This document shows positions 12,036-27,100 of a stretch of 64,000 nt of DNA, piece after piece. This stretch comes from the human T2T-CHM13v2.0 reference genome, Homo sapiens, in the NCBI RefSeq assembly GCF_009914755.1, contig NC_060930.1. The stretch is one strand, 5' to 3'. Position 1 is the first letter of the stretch. Every line of letters begins with the position of its first letter. Under the pieces are notes generated by a model, which was given only the letters and a program-made list of their open reading frames with translations, was not told where the DNA came from and did no database searches. Made by a program: the position numbers and the translations under genes.

Positions 12036-13179
12036 AATGACTTTGGAAAAAACAGGCACCAGAGCAGACAATGGCTAATCTAGTCTCCCAGCAGGGGGAT
12101 GGGCAGCTGAGACTGACAGCAGTTCTAGAAATAAGCTAAAACTAAATATTTCATAGAAAACCAACCTTGTAAGTATCATAATTTAATAAAGCTGACTCGA
12201 GCAAAGAAGTGCCTCTCTAAGTTCTGTCATTTGCAAATAAATGTCTTCACAAAAAAACAACAAAAGTCAGTGGTTATAATATGGATAGAAACAGCACAAA
12301 GGGATGGCTCACAATGCCAAAACTCTTTGAAAATCTCAAACACATGAAACAGCATAATTATACTCTGGATATATGTTATTAAAGCAATGTAAGACTTTTT
12401 TAGGACATAATTTTAACTAATCAGAATTCATTTTCTACTGCCAGTAAATCAAATATTTGAAGTAGAAGATTTGCCTTTTAGTATTATATCTGTATTTTAT
12501 TGTAAATACAGTACACAAAACAGCACCGATCTGTATTTTTAGTATTTTATCTATATGCTTTAGTTCAAAAGCAAATCGTGTAACAATGTTGTTGTAGGTA
12601 AGAGATGCCAACTCTTGTACTGTCTTGAACTGTTGTAGGTAAGGTAGATGCCAACTTATTATGTGTATCAAGAAGCTGGGGAGGAATAGTTTCAACCTTG
12701 GGTAAGGAATATACACAGAGGTGATACCATTGGCTGCTCTCACAAAATGAAGTTGAGAAAACAAAGCCTCAGTCAACATGGAAAAAGAAGTCAGTAGTTA
12801 CGTAATGTTTAAAAATAGAATGTTGTTAAATTCTTGTTTACCTTGAAAAAGCATCAAGCATGAATCAAATTGTATATGCCTTTTTATATAGAAAAACAAG
12901 GAGAATATGTGATAGAGGAAGAATAAAATTCTTCATTTTTTTATGACTTCAGAAGCCTCCATTTTCTTTTTTGTTTCTCCTTCCCTCCTCCAAAGCTGTA
13001 AGGGAACTTTAGAAGTAACCAGATTCGAACAAGTTCAGGTGGAAAAGAATCTTGAAACTCACAAGTTTCCACTAATTGCTGACCACTCTGAATTTATTTA
13101 TATAGCTAAGCTAAATAAGAAGCCTGGAATATTTAAGTGTATTTACTCATCACATATTTTGGTGCTTAATTTTGCCTAA

Positions 13180-13790
13180 TGCATGTCATGTGCCATTAGA
13201 TGTTATAGACACTAATCCTACAAAGCTGAACATGGCCCTTACTCTCATGGAGCTTACATATCTTTTTGGATGAAAAGAATAAAGAAACCAATAATTACGT
13301 AAAAATCATATGTTAAAATTGGGATAAGCCTATAAAGAAAAAGCATGAGTATTAGTAAAACATAGGACCTGAAAACTAGTCTTGAGTGAAGAGTCACAAG
13401 TTATAGCAGGCAAAGGGAGAAGTGTGGGGAAGGGCAGATGAGATCACAAAAACCTTTCTGTAAAGAAAAGAAAAAAAAACAAGTATGTAGGCCTTGAGTT
13501 TTAAGGAGCCTGTGTGGTTGGAACATTGGAAGAATCTTAGAAAATAAATTCAGAAAGGGTTATAAGCTGGGAAGTGGTAGAGCCCAATACCCATGTTTAC
13601 AGGTGACTCTGATATTCTTGTAACAATGAGGGCATAAGTACAGTGGAGACTCTAGACTAGTTCTTCCTGCAGTAGTTTACAAGAGAAATGATGGCTTTTT
13701 CAGCGGTGGGAAGGGGAAGGGGCAGTCAAGGCAGAATGAAAGAAATTGATTTGAAATACATATTGTGTATCGTTTGACAGGACTGACCTC
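13180..13790 (-). mobile_element. L2 remnant (degraded)
   Basis: acatggcccttactctcatggagcttaca and purine-rich downstream sequence typical of the antisense L2 3' region. Confidence 0.5.
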
Positions 13791-14204
13791 ATGAGAAAAG
13801 GCATTTATTTTTTTTTCCTGGAATAAAAGCAAAATGACTAAAGGGAAAAAAATGTAGGAATTTTAATTCAGCAAAGTTAGTAAAAGATTAGCAAGGCTTT
13901 GTACAAATAAAAAATTTTGAAGTACTTACTTTATATATTCTGCATAGGAAATAACTTTTTTAAGAAATGATACATAGCGTACTCAAAATTTTTGTTCATG
14001 AGCATTCTTACCTATGTTCGTTTCTATACTAATTTTTTGGGCACTGCAGGCAAATACTTATGCTGAGGCAGAAGGGAAAATGACATTTATGTCTCTTTTG
14101 AAAAAATAATATTGATCAGCAAAATTTGGAGCACTGTATCCTAAAAAGAAAAATTAGTCATATAAAATCTTAGTACTACTTCTTTCTAGTACAGAGGGTG
14201 CCTC

Positions 14205-14895
14205 TGTTACCACTGGGGAATGCATCCAAGTCATGCAGCACCAAAGTATGTCAGTAACGGTGACTCCATACAGGTCTGCAGCAACCTCAGTTCTTGCCTC
14301 CTCAGAAGAAAGACTTTGACTGAGAGGCATAAGACACAGTGAGACACTGATGCAAGTTTTAGAGCAGGAGTGAAAATTTATTAAAAAGCTTTAGAGAAGG
14401 AATAAAAGGAAATAAAGCACACTTGGAAGAGGGCCAAGCAGGCAACTTACGAGATCAAGTGTATGGTTTGACCTTCGACTTGGAGTTTTATACATTGGCA
14501 CTCAGCACGCACAGGGGCCTGCCAGCACTTGGGAGGGGCCCGATGAGCAGTGTGTTTACTGAAGTTGTGTGCATGCTCACTTGAGGCATTTTTCCCTTAA
14601 CAATGGAGTGCTCATATACCAGTTAAACTCTACCATATTGCCTCTTAGTGAACATACTGGAGTCCTCTTACCCAGCTCCTGTGATCCTGTTGGGAAGCTG
14701 CCGATCACAAGTTTAAGGATTTTTTCTGTCTACTGGGAGACCACCTTACAGTGCCAGCTGTAATCAGTTATTATGTTAGAGTGACAGCTTAACAACTGCC
14801 TGACCATCACCTGTTGGTCACCTGATATTCCTGGTGGTGGTGGGGGGGGCCCCTCTCCTGCACTGATCATGTCTGACTGATTGCCTACTGTAACA
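14205..14895 (-). mobile_element. ERV1 solo LTR, MER50-like
   Basis: TG...CA termini, perfect 4-bp TSD cctc (14201-14204 / 14896-14899); minus strand starts tgttacagtaggc...caggagagggg; antisense AATAAA (tttatt) near 14377. Confidence 0.85.
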
Positions 14896-15284
14896 CCTCC
14901 TCTCTCTACAAGGTGCCAGGCATCTTTCCTGAACTTTATGACTCTCTCCAGTGCAATAGGCAACCTTCTTCTCACCTCTTTTCCTCTCTCCCATTGCATC
15001 AGGGCTCAGTGTGCAAGCACTGCACAACAGAGACTAACAGCACCATGTCACATGAATGGCATTAAAGCAAAATTGAGCAGATAATATATCCAATAAAGCA
15101 AGCTTCTTACATGACAGTTTCAGCAAACACAGAAGAGAAGTTGTGCAGAAATGGGGTTCTATTGTGATTTTCCAAATGTCAGCAATCTCTTTATGTCCCT
15201 TAGGCTAATGGTCAGAACTGATAACATGCAAGTCTACATCAACCATCCATTCAGACTAGTAACTGAGAGCAGTAGAAGTTCAAA

Positions 15285-15490
15285 TTTGTCAAGTGCTTTG
15301 TGTCTGTGACAATTTGAAGTGCCTTATATGTATTACTTCCTCATGGCAAAGCTATGAAAGTTATAGTTATTATTTTCATCTGATAGATGAGGAAACTGAA
15401 GTAAAGGACAATTAAGTGAACTTTTGCAGTCACAGAGGTAGTCTGTGACAGACCAAGACTTTGAATCCAGGTGGTCTGGCCTCAGCCCAC
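15285..15490 (-). mobile_element. MIR remnant
   Basis: agatgaggaaactgaag...gtcacag...tttgaatccaggtggtctg. Confidence 0.75.
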
Positions 15491-15552
15491 CACACTTCAC
15501 ACTGGCATCAGGAAATGCATCTCTGAGGAAGGCTCAAAGGATGTCCCAGGGG

Positions 15553-15625
15553 AAAAAAAAAAAAGGAAGAAAGATGAAAGAAAGAAAGAAAGAAAGAGAA
15601 AGAGGGAAGAAAGAAAGAAAAGAAA
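15553..15625 (+). repeat. A-rich/(GAAA)n low-complexity tract
   Basis: Directly visible. Confidence 0.85.
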
Positions 15626-17126
15626 TATGACGTGGGAAGAAAAAGAGTAGATTTTAAATAGTACTTGGTAGTGGAGTGGGAGAGGAAGGAATGAAAGCAT
15701 GTAACTCATGAGTAAGTGTCCAAAGATGAAAACACAAAGAGCTTATTGGGAACTAAAAGGTTAGAGGGTAGAGATTTAAAAAGGTATAAGAAAAGAAATA
15801 ATACACATTTTAAAATATTAAAACCATAAAGAGAAGAGTAAACACAACACATTAAATCAGTGCTGAGGAGGGCTTTGAAAGCCTCTTTCAGCACATAAAG
15901 AGGAGAAACAAATGACAATTTTCAGCGAAAAGATGACAGCTTTGGAAAAGAGGAAATTGGAAACTCAATTTAGAAACTGAGTTTCAATATTCTAATAATT
16001 TTTATTATTGAGATAATAGAATAAGTGGCATGGCACAGAAACAATATTCAGAGATACAGCAGAAGAAAGGTTTGCTGACCTGAAAAGAATCTCATATGTA
16101 GATTGCAAGGACTCATCATTCATAAGGCAAACACTGTAAATAAAGCAACATAGATATCTATATCTATGTATATTATGTATGCATATCATATGTCATATAA
16201 ATGACATATATAAATATATATTAACAGTTTTAAACTTTCAGGAAATAAAGAATCTCATAACCACTCAATCAAGAAGAAAAGGAGCAGATGAGTATTCGTT
16301 GAAGAAAAATCAAATTGTAAAAATGAATTTAAATGTTCTGTAGAGCTACATTTTAAAGAACTAGTCTAGAAACCTGAACAGTTGAGCATTTATCCAAGAA
16401 ACATGTCATCAGAGAAATGTGTCTGGCTTTTTCCAAAGAGTATCAGAGAGAAAGTGTATGACACCTCATAATTCTGGGCAGAAAAAATACATTATTTGGG
16501 TCTGTGTGAGACGATTTTTTGAGCCAAAATTCTAGTTGGATTATCCTCTTGCTTATGGGACATGCACTTCAGGCCAAATTCTGACAGTCAATACTTACAG
16601 AAAGTTCCCATCAGAGATAAAAAATGTGCTTTTTATTTGTATCTAAAACAGAATTTGGTAGAACTATTTTGTGAATAAGTTTGTGAATATCAGATATTAC
16701 AAATATAGAGAGAAAGTAAAGCGATGCACTCACAAAACATGAAGTTGCCTGTTTTGAACTGTACACCAGACAAACCTAGTTCCCATTCTATTAAAATCCC
16801 TAAGACCTAATTGCTTACTAAATAGAATGTTTACAAATGCTTACAAATGCTTACCATATAAGGGCTTAGAGAACACACTCTGAAAAAATGTTAATTGAAT
16901 CAATGTGTGTTTAAATGTCTGCAGAAAACCAGAAAAGGCAATAAAGCCATACATATTCTGCTTTATCTTCTTGGGCTGCAAATTTGATTCCATTGTTTAC
17001 TTTCATATTTTTATCCCATTTCAAACTTGGGTGGGCATTCTTTTGGTGTTTCTAGTTGTTCCTACTCTGCTCTTTATAAATTCTCCATTTTGCATATTTT
17101 TCTGGCTTCCACTATTACTATTATAG

Positions 17127-17165
17127 ACACACACACACACACACAAATACATACACTCACTCACT
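17127..17165. repeat. (CA)n microsatellite with degenerate tail
   Basis: acacacacacacacacaca... Confidence 0.9.
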
Positions 17166-18107
17166 CCCTCAGATCTAAATACCCATTGGAGATTTCCATT
17201 TGAGTCTTCTATCATCAAAGTAATCTCTACATTGTCACAACAGAGTTTGTTATCTTATTTCTCCTATCTCCCCCCTCCTCATAATCAACTAACTACAACA
17301 CATATACCATTAGAAGCATATCTACGTTTTTTAAAATGACTATGCTTCTTAGAAATAATTTGGAACACTTTCCTATTCTTCTTTCCTATAAGAGATCAAG
17401 TTAAACAAACTCTTGACTTAACTTGATGTTTCCTTCTCCCTGTTTCCATTGCCTCCATTGTATACCAAGCCACCATGAATTCCCTTTGACTATAATGATT
17501 TCACTGCATTCACTCTACCATTCCAGAGAATCTCAAAAGAACCAACTTATTCTCCAAAGCACTACGTTCATTTTCCTGAATGTGGAGCCAAGTGGCATCC
17601 TTCTCATGCACTGGGTCAAAATCTCCCACCTGGCCTTCCTCTGCTGGCCCCGTTTAGGTACCTATATAATACAAATTTTTCTTGACAAGCAGTTTCTTTA
17701 TTGTTCCCTGAGTCCTTGTGACATTTTTCTATTAAGAGGGTTCTATGAGATGACAGGACTAGCTGTTTAGCAATGAACTTGTCACATAGGATACATTTAA
17801 TTAAGCTAGCTTTTATTTTTCCTCAGAGTTAGTGATAAGAAGACTTTAACTGTTAGGCTTTTCTTCCCAGCCAATTTGTTGCCTGAGGTCACGTCTTATA
17901 TTTAACCACCACAGTACCTTACTGAGCACATAATAGGCATTTATTTATTTTCAATTTCATACCTTTATTTAGGGATCTAATTAAGCAGGATTTAAATGTG
18001 ATTAATTTATTGATCCTCTAGAGTCTACAATTTCAGACCAAAGAGAGGGAAATTCCAATTTCTCAAAGAAATAAAGTATTTGTTTTATATAGGAGATAGG
18101 ATTACTT

Positions 18108-18200
18108 TATAAATATATATACAAACATACATACACGTATATATATATACACACATACCACATACATACATATATACATAATATAATATTTATTAAATAT
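18108..18200. repeat. (TA)/(TACA)-rich low-complexity tract
   Basis: Directly visible. Confidence 0.8.
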
Positions 18201-19034
18201 TAATGTTTAGTTATACAATTTCATGAAAAATTCATTTATTTATTCTCTTTTTATGACCATTTTCTCTTGTTTCAAAAAATGAATACATCTTACCCAAAAA
18301 TTCAATACACATTTTCACTAAAATACTGTAAAAAATGGGATTGATCTTCTCTAGTGATTATATATCATGTTCTTGTTTAGACTAGAATATTATGATTTAT
18401 AACTGAATTCAAAGGAATGGGTTACAAATACACAGTACATAATGAGAAAGAATATAAGCAGACATCATAAAGCTCTAACCCTTAGAAGACTAATGACTGT
18501 CCAAGGCAGTTCAGAGTAGATAAATGTAATTGTACAATTACACTGATGGACCTTTAAAGCATAGTTCTTTGTAGACCATCAACATTGAGAATGAAAGAAA
18601 AACATAGCAAAAATATTGCATCAATAATGAATGATGAAAACCAAAAGACACCAGAAAGTTGCATTCACAGTATCATTAGTATGCAAGCCAGCTTCCTAAA
18701 CTAAGCAATGGAATAAAATAGGAAACATAGGCAAAGTCTTTGTGAGAACCACAAAATACAAATGATTTTTTGTGTTTGTTTTATTTGAGATATGTAAGTA
18801 ATTTTATTTAAATGATTAAAATTATGAAATAAGGTCATCAGCAAGTTATAAGCAATATAAATGCATATGGTATTTTCTCAGGCTATTTTTTTCATCATTT
18901 TCTATACAGGTATCATATTCCCCATTATTAAATAAAACAGCAGAAAAAATGAACAGATTTATAAACATATATATTTCAGTTTAAGAAAGTGGATTATGCT
19001 ATAACTGAGGAAAAATAGTAAACAAATAGCCTAG

Positions 19035-19135
19035 CAATAATACCCACCTAGCAAGATCACTTTGAAGATAAAAAGAATAAGCATGTAAATCACTTAGCAC
19101 AGTATCTAGCACATGGGCTCAATGAATAATATCAC
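19035..19135 (+). mobile_element. MIR 3' fragment
   Basis: gcatgtaaatcacttagcacagtatctagcacat..gctcaatgaata. Confidence 0.6.
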
Positions 19136-20689
19136 ATTATTAGTAGTAGTATTTTCATGAATTTATAATAAGAAAGAGTAAAAAATACAGTTAAAGTCTT
19201 TCTTTTTAAAATAACTACTATGGTTTTGATTATAGAAACAATCATATTTTCAAAATGCAAATGTGATTCACTGTAGATTTAGGTTGATAACTGAATAGAG
19301 GGTCCATACCATTCTAAGATTTACATAAACATTAGAGGAAAATTTGATACTATGATGCTTTACAAAAGGAAGAGAACTTTTCAGCTAAGTATGGCAGGAT
19401 CTGATCTCTCTTAGGCAATTATTCCATACAAGATTTCATCCTAATGCCCTAAGGATGTCTTTCAGGCTTCCAATTATAATATTTTTCAGAAAACCCAACT
19501 TAGAAAATGGAAGAACAAATCCTCTAGAATTTCCATATAGGAGAACAATCCACAGCTACTCAGCCCTTCCGCAAGAACATACAAGAAACACCTTTTATAC
19601 TTCGTGAAATGAATATGTGAAATGGTAAAGGTTAATGGGTCAAAAGACTTTTGAAGAGTCTCTGATGCCCAAGAACTTTTATTTCCTTGGATCATAGCTC
19701 TTTCCTGGCTCTTGGTTTTCTGTGTCTAATTTGCATTGTGTGGCAAGGTTCTCTGCTCTTACCTCTTGATCCTCCTCCTTCCCATTTGAGTACTGACACA
19801 TTTAGAGCAATTCTCTCATTAATGCCCTTCTTTTCCTTGGAACCCCTCCACTGTATCAAATTATGATAAGTTGAAGGAATTTAGGTGCTCCTGTTACACT
19901 GGCCAAATGAATAGCTTAAAGGAAACCACACGCCACTAATTGCCATATGCTGTGTTTTAGTTCACTAAGTTATAGCCTAATAGTTCATACCACAAAAACT
20001 CTTGAGTCTCAATTGCCTGAGGTTGCTTGGCATGAATAAAAAGAAAATAAAAACTTAAAATGCTCCCGGAAAAACTCTCAATTCAACATTTTTTCTAATA
20101 ACCTCATACCCTTACACTTAGTCACATCATAAATTTTTATTTTCATCTATTCTAGTATTTAATTATCAGCTGCTTTTTTAAAAAAAAATCTTTTTTTCCC
20201 ACATGTTTTCTGAAGACATGGCAATTTATTAGAAAATAATTAAATAAATAATGCAACTTCTCACATATGGAGTCCTGTGAAAAACATACAGCCATACATT
20301 AGGTTGCTTAGACCTTTAAAATTCTTTAAAACTAAGAAAAGGGTCACATGGAAGTATTGCATTAGCTTACAAAGGATTCTTTTCTACATATTAATGATAT
20401 CTGTCAAAAGATATTTTAAAACAATGTTTCAAAGTTCAATGTACTATTATGAAAAATTGATATTTAGTGATATCCCCTAGAATGCAAATTTCACAAGAGT
20501 AGGAACTTAAAATATTTGTTTCTCAGTGGGTCCCTCGAAGAGTGCCCTGATACATAATATCTTTAGTCATGATTTGATGAAAGACGGGCTTTTTTCTACT
20601 CTTGTATTCACTGGTCACTGTAGCCATAAGCAAAGATGCTATTCTGGTAACCTCTAGTAAATTATTTTACAGTAATAAATGTATCCACC

Positions 20690-21155
20690 CTTATTAATTT
20701 TGTGTGGTTTCTGTAAGAAATTACCTCAAACTAGGTGACTTAAAACAGAAGTTTATTTTCTCAAAGTTCTATAGACCACAAGTCTGAAATCAAGGCATCA
20801 ATGGGCTTCATTACCTCCCTCCAAAGATTTCAAGGAGAATACTTTCTTTCTTCTTCCACCTTCTTGTGGATCCAGATGACCCTTGACTTGCAGCCACATA
20901 ACTCTAATCTCTGCCTCTGTCTTCACTTCTCCTCTTCTGTCTGTAGTTCTGTCTTCTGTGTGCCTCTTATAAGGACACTTATCACTGGATTTAAGGTCCA
21001 TCTAGATAATCCAGGACAATCTCATCTTGATATTCTTAATTTAATTACTTCTGCAAAGATCTTTCTTCCAAATAAGGTCACACTTACAGGTTCTGCGGAT
21101 TAGGCTGTGGACATATCTTTTGAATGTCGGATATGGACAAATCTACTTGACACAC
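20690..21155 (-). mobile_element. MaLR solo LTR, MLT1C-like
   Basis: aaactaggtgacttaaaacagaagtttattttctc...aagtctgaaatcaagg...cttataaggacactt...ccaaataaggtcacac...ggacatatcttt. Confidence 0.85.
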
Positions 21156-23599
21156 TACACTACCCTAATACCAAGAATAGTAAAGCTGTGCTTCATCTGA
21201 AAAGACAGTAGACTTAAAATAGCACTCTGATAGAGTGCTAGAATTTCAATGAGATTGTCTAAGGGCTAACATGGAAACAGAGAAGGAAAATCTCAGTAGC
21301 TGAGTCCTTGGAATTCTGCCCTGCCTTCACGTCCATATCAAACATCACATTTTCCTCTTATTGTTCATACTTCGGGCTTCCTTTTCAAATATTGTTTGGT
21401 AAGTTCCAATATGCAAATTAAAAAATGAAATCTGACCAACAAAAATAATCTTATGGATACGAAGCTGATATTCCTCCTTTCTTTGTCCCAAAGTGAAGTG
21501 ACAAGTGACTGGTCAACTCAAAAATATGCATTTTTTTTTTTTAGTTGGGGAACAATTTTCTTTCCTTGAAGTGAAACAAGTAAGAATGATTAGGTATACT
21601 GACATGTCCTAAAGTTGATCAAGACCCCTAGGAACTTCTAGATTAGCACCTTTTGAAAGGCTGTAAACAGTTTTTCAGCTTTATTTTTCCTTAGAGTCTG
21701 CAGTGGTACTACAGACCTGTAAAAAATTATACAGTGATGAAGGCCTTAGCTTCCATTTTAAATGATTATGGAGGAGACAGGACTTTTCAATTGCTCTTCA
21801 GAATCTTTTATCATCATTTTCTAGCAGCAAAGATCAGTTTCTCACACAGGAACATGGTCACTCACTAATGGTATGCCCAAGGTAGCCAAGAAAGTTATAA
21901 GGTTTTGGTAAAATTCAGGAGAGTCTTTATTAATGATAATTTTACTCCACTTCTTGGCAACTCAAAAATAACTTTTTTTTTTTTTACCATAATCTCACTT
22001 GTTATAGAGGTTTCTAGGGTCTAAATTTTCATACCTAGAGTATACTCATCTCATTAAGTGGCCAGAATAGGTAATGTCAATAAAGATACCTCCACATTAT
22101 AACTATATGGGGATTTCTCACTTAAGAATTCTAGGACATTCACTTCATTCACTTTTTGAGAACAGGTACTCATGGAGACAAGTTACTTTTCTTTTTTTTT
22201 TGCTTATCCATAATAAACAGGCAAGGTCCTTGAGTCCCACGTCTTTGTGTCTAAACAAATCACCCTATCTTTTTTTGCTTCCACATATTCATCTCCTATT
22301 TGAGATGTCACAATCGCCGAAGTCCTGTATTCTGAATAATCTTCTTTCTAAAGGGACAACGTGCATTATGCAATCAAAGTTGGGGCTGTGAACACATTGT
22401 TAAATTTTATAAGTAAAACATATAAACATCATTCCTGTTTGTTTAGAAGCCCTGAGCCAGGAAAAATTAAAAAATATAAGTCAATACGCTCAAGCTCAGA
22501 GGAAGAACAAGAACATTCTTGTTCCAGTTAGAAATTGTGGCAGAAAGAAAGCCAGTAATCCCCCTCTTCTCTGATATAAAGAAACAACAACAAAAAATTT
22601 TAAAGACAGACAACTTCATCTCCAGAATAACTAGAAAACTGATCAGCAACTAAATTACAAATTGTGAAGCAAAGCCGCCTTTGTGAAATTTGAACAGGTC
22701 AAGAGAGGGTACTGAGAGTAAATTCACCCAGTAAATTCTAAAATTTTACTGCGTGAAGACTTTTCCAAAGCTGAGACTCCTGAACAGAATAAATATTACC
22801 CCTGTTCATCACTGCTTGCAGTAGCAAATGAGTGTGTGTACAAGTATGGATGGTTTTCAGGAGCACCCTGGCCCCTTTGTGTGACAGAGTTGCTAACACT
22901 GTGAGGTTGAAGGATGAACTGCTTGACATGACACCTTTTCAGGAAACAGAATATCTCTGTGGCAAAGGAATGGAAAAGTAGTCAATGGCAATCAGATTTG
23001 CATTGTTAACTACATTAGCTAAAAGAAAAGTGAATGCTGTGTCAAAACACACACAGACACACAATTATAATCTACAGAGCTTAACTATGAGCTCCATAGA
23101 TCTCTGCAAAAGCATACAAGGAGAAGACAAAAATTTGTGAAACAAGTAACTTTGACTCAAAATTAATGATTGAAACAACCGAGTCTAGTAGAAGGAAAAA
23201 TATAACTTCCAAAGCTGTAGGCATACTTTACTGAAGACATCATATATTTTATATTGAAATCAGATAAGAGTTCTGTATGTCAAGTGGCTTTGGACTATTA
23301 TAAAGTGACCATGTATTAGGTCACAGCAAAATATCCAAATCAACGTCTAATACAGCAACCTTATAGAGATTACGTTTTCTGAAGAAAAAAAAACAAAGTA
23401 ATAAAATTAGTAACAGAAATAGGAAATGAAACACACAGAATGGAATTTAAGAAAATCTGTATCATTTAAATTGTGCTTAGACTTAAAAGGATTTTAAAAC
23501 CAAATTTTAAGAATTAAGGACCATATTAAAAACATTAAAATTCAAAACGTTTCTTATTTTGTAGAAGCCCTTTCAAACTAAGGACCAAAATCTAGAAGC

Positions 23600-24160
23600 T
23601 GAATAATAAAAAGAAATTTGGTCACATGGAAACCAAATGTTTTTACATGGAAATGTGAAAATTAATAAATACATATATTCAAAACACAAATGGCAAACTA
23701 GGAAAAAGAAATGTAACAAACAGACAAATGGCTTTATTATAGAAAGATCTTTTATAAGTAGTGAGAAAGACCAATACACAAATTAATCAATCAGGAAATA
23801 ATGAGAATAAGCAGTTCATGGGGAAAAAATGGCTTATAAACATATGAAAATAAGCTTAATCTTATGCATAATTTCAAAATGCAATTATGTTTAAATCATG
23901 AACAGTAAATTTTACTTGTATGATTGACAAAAATTACAATGCCTAATGAGATATCATTGATTAAAAAAATATCCTCTAGATGGTAATAAAATACAATACA
24001 AAGTCTTTAGAGAGTAATTTGACAATATCTAAAACATTCGAACATTTTAATCTAACAATTCAAGTTATTGAAATTTATCTGGAAAATATGCACATACAAA
24101 TACAGATATATGTACATCAATATATGCAAGAATATCTTCTCTGAAGCATCAATGATACTA
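23600..24160 (+). mobile_element. Ancient L1M(E) 3' remnant
   Basis: aaatggcttataaacatatgaaaa, gagagtaatttgacaatatct, acaattcaagttattgaaatttatc. Confidence 0.5.
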
Positions 24161-27100
24161 GGTTTGAGATGGGAGGCAAACTCTAGTGCATCCTTTGTTA
24201 CCAGTTTAAATGCTTTTTATCAAGTGCGTGCCTTAAATAAATAAACAATTTAATAAATAAGCAAATACACAAGTATGCAGTAATAAAATGAATAAATAAT
24301 AATTGCATTTTTGTGCATGTTTGAGAAACAAAGCAAGAACAAAAATTCAGTGGATATCAAGGAAAAGGCTAACAATGCAAACTCAGATTTGTCAGGGCAG
24401 TGGGAAATGGTCTCATAAATTGGAACAGTTTAGTGAAAGGAATGAAAGTTCACAAGCAATTTAAATAATGAGAGAGATATTCCAGTGCTTTTTCTCCATC
24501 GGAACACGTACACACATGTGCACACACACATACATATACCCCCTATATACACACTTAGGATGTCTCAAGCACAGCGAAGACATTCAATCCAAATTAATAT
24601 ATAAATGTCTTTAAAAATTATATTTGTGTGAGTAGTTATTATAGCTGTCATTCAAATAAAAGGCTAGTGTGCTTTGGTTTATGAAGATTCTCTCCCTTGC
24701 TTTCCCCAGTGTCCAGCACACATGAAGCAAGAATGACTGAACATAACTAATACTGGCCATAGAGGATTTTTCATGCTAAACAAGCCTTTGACAAATGGCA
24801 TGTCTTTCAAGGTAGATAAATCTAGACCCAATGTTAGCAGGCACGAAAAACATCAGCCCATATTTATCTTTGACGGTTCCTATATTCAGCAGGAAAATGT
24901 TCTCTTTCAGTTGAATGCATTTAAATGATAAATAAATAGCTGTGAACTGAATCCTAGAAGAAAAGAGAAAAAAACAAAAAAAAACAATCACTCTTGATTT
25001 CTTGATGTGAAATATTAGTTAAACATTTTCTTGAATTTCAAAATGATATATGCCATAAGGCTCTGTGGAAACCAAGTTCTTAGTTAATAAAAATGAAAAA
25101 TTAAATGAAATAATAAAATAATGATTCTTAAACTGTGAATTTTCTAATCCAAATAACTTAGAGTTGAAAGCTATGCTAAAGACTGTTTAGTTGCCTGATG
25201 TTTAATTTACCTCTTCAAAATTCTCACTAAGATTTGATTGTCTAGTATAATTGAATACCTAGTGATGATCTACAATCTAGGTCCTGCATGTATTTTATAG
25301 AATACATGTGTTCCTAGATCCCCAAAAATATAAAAATTCTGAAAACATTAGTAAGGTTTAACATGAGAATTAATATTAAATTGAAGGATTAGAGTCTATC
25401 ATTTACTTGCTCATTGATTTTCTTCTTTACCTAGTACACATCAATATATTAATTATACACAATATTATAATCAATTATTATAATTTAAGGAAATTAACAA
25501 ATCACTGTTGTCAGTGAAAACAGATCTATTTTGTTGTCTGTATAACTCTGCAAGAAGCCCCAGTAGAATTGGAAAAAGAGAAGATGAAGATGCATTTAGT
25601 AAATAATAAAGAGAGTACACAGAAGATGCTTGGTATATCGGATGAGGAAAGAGGAAATGTAAAGAGAGAATAATAGTAAAAAATTATATAATTTTATCAA
25701 CTACCAATTTTGGAGTTGACGGAGCGGCCTCCTCAACATCACTTTTTAATCTCTCTGGTCTCAGTTTTCTTATTTATGAAATAGGGTAATAGATATTTTA
25801 TGGTTCTTGTTAAGAATTAAATTACATATTCATAGAAAATATTTTGCAAGTTTCTTACGGGTAGTGAGCCCTTAATAATATTAATAATTATTGTCATCAT
25901 CATCACCACTAATGAGAATCTTTGTATTTTTCTCTCACTTAAAAAATATTTATTTACTGAGAACCATTGAAAAGTTAGTTTATTCAGTCCAGTTATCCCC
26001 AACATCTTATGAGATAATCAGCATGGGATGAGAATCTAAAGTAGTGGATGAATTTTAAAAACTCAAAGAGAAAATAGAATACCATTTTTCTTTTATTCTA
26101 CTCTAAATCCTTTTTAGTCTCCAACCAAATCTCCTAAAATAAAGTCTGCTTTTCTACTTATTTGTTTCTCCCCTTTCATTGATTCTGATCAAAACAAATG
26201 CACATTTTGTTCTTTTTTTCTAGAATCTATTAAAATCCCCAAACTTCATAAGTTTGTAAAGAAAATCTATTAACTGATGAGGAAGAGTACGTTATAAATT
26301 TTTCCATAAAAAATGCAAAAGGAAAAAGTTGATCCTTTCCACAGTCCTCTTGATCTGACCTCGCTTATTTTATATGAAGTGCAGGAACCCCATATCCTCC
26401 ACCTATTCTTTCGCAACAGTCCCAGGAGACAAGCATGAACTAAAAATCATGAGCTGATGCATTTTATGCATTAAAAGAAAACAACAACAATGATTTCTTT
26501 TTTGCAGCCCCCTCTTCCAAGATATCTGACAAAAGTTCAAAGTATTTACTTAAAAATTATGAAATAGTAGATCCGCCAAGTGTATGGCAGCATTTAGAGA
26601 TCTTTCCTTCCAGGTAACCCCTAGTAACCTCTGCCCCAGGTCCTGGGTGAGAATTCCAGACAGATTTTTCAAAAGCAAAATGAGTTAGTATGACTCGCCT
26701 GCTCCCCACCTCACCTGTCAGGTCAATTACACAAGAACTAAAATGAATACTCATGTGAAAGAGCCCCTTGGATGGACTGCCTTACCTGAATGCCCTCAGA
26801 CCTGGTGTGTCTTCCATTGAAATCGTGTTCCAGGGAGCCCCAGGAAGGAAATTTTGCTGGTATTTTTTCAGAGAAATATTCTGGCAGTTTTCATAGTATT
26901 TCCTCCTTTGAAAGCTCTTTCAGGGCTTGCATTACATAACTGAGAACATTCAATTAGAGGTTAATTATCTTTAACACCTTCTAATCCAGATTTTTTCAAT
27001 GTTTGTCCAGGTTCAAGGGTAAGCTTCACCATTGTATAGTACAAGACATCAGAACCTCTTGATGGGGAAGCAAAGCAATTAACACAGTGAAACACTGACT

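Noticed and set aside
16149-16209. Small AT-rich hairpins (atatgtcat-ataa-atgacatat)
   Set aside because: Expected in TA-rich low-complexity DNA; too short for a miRNA or MITE call.
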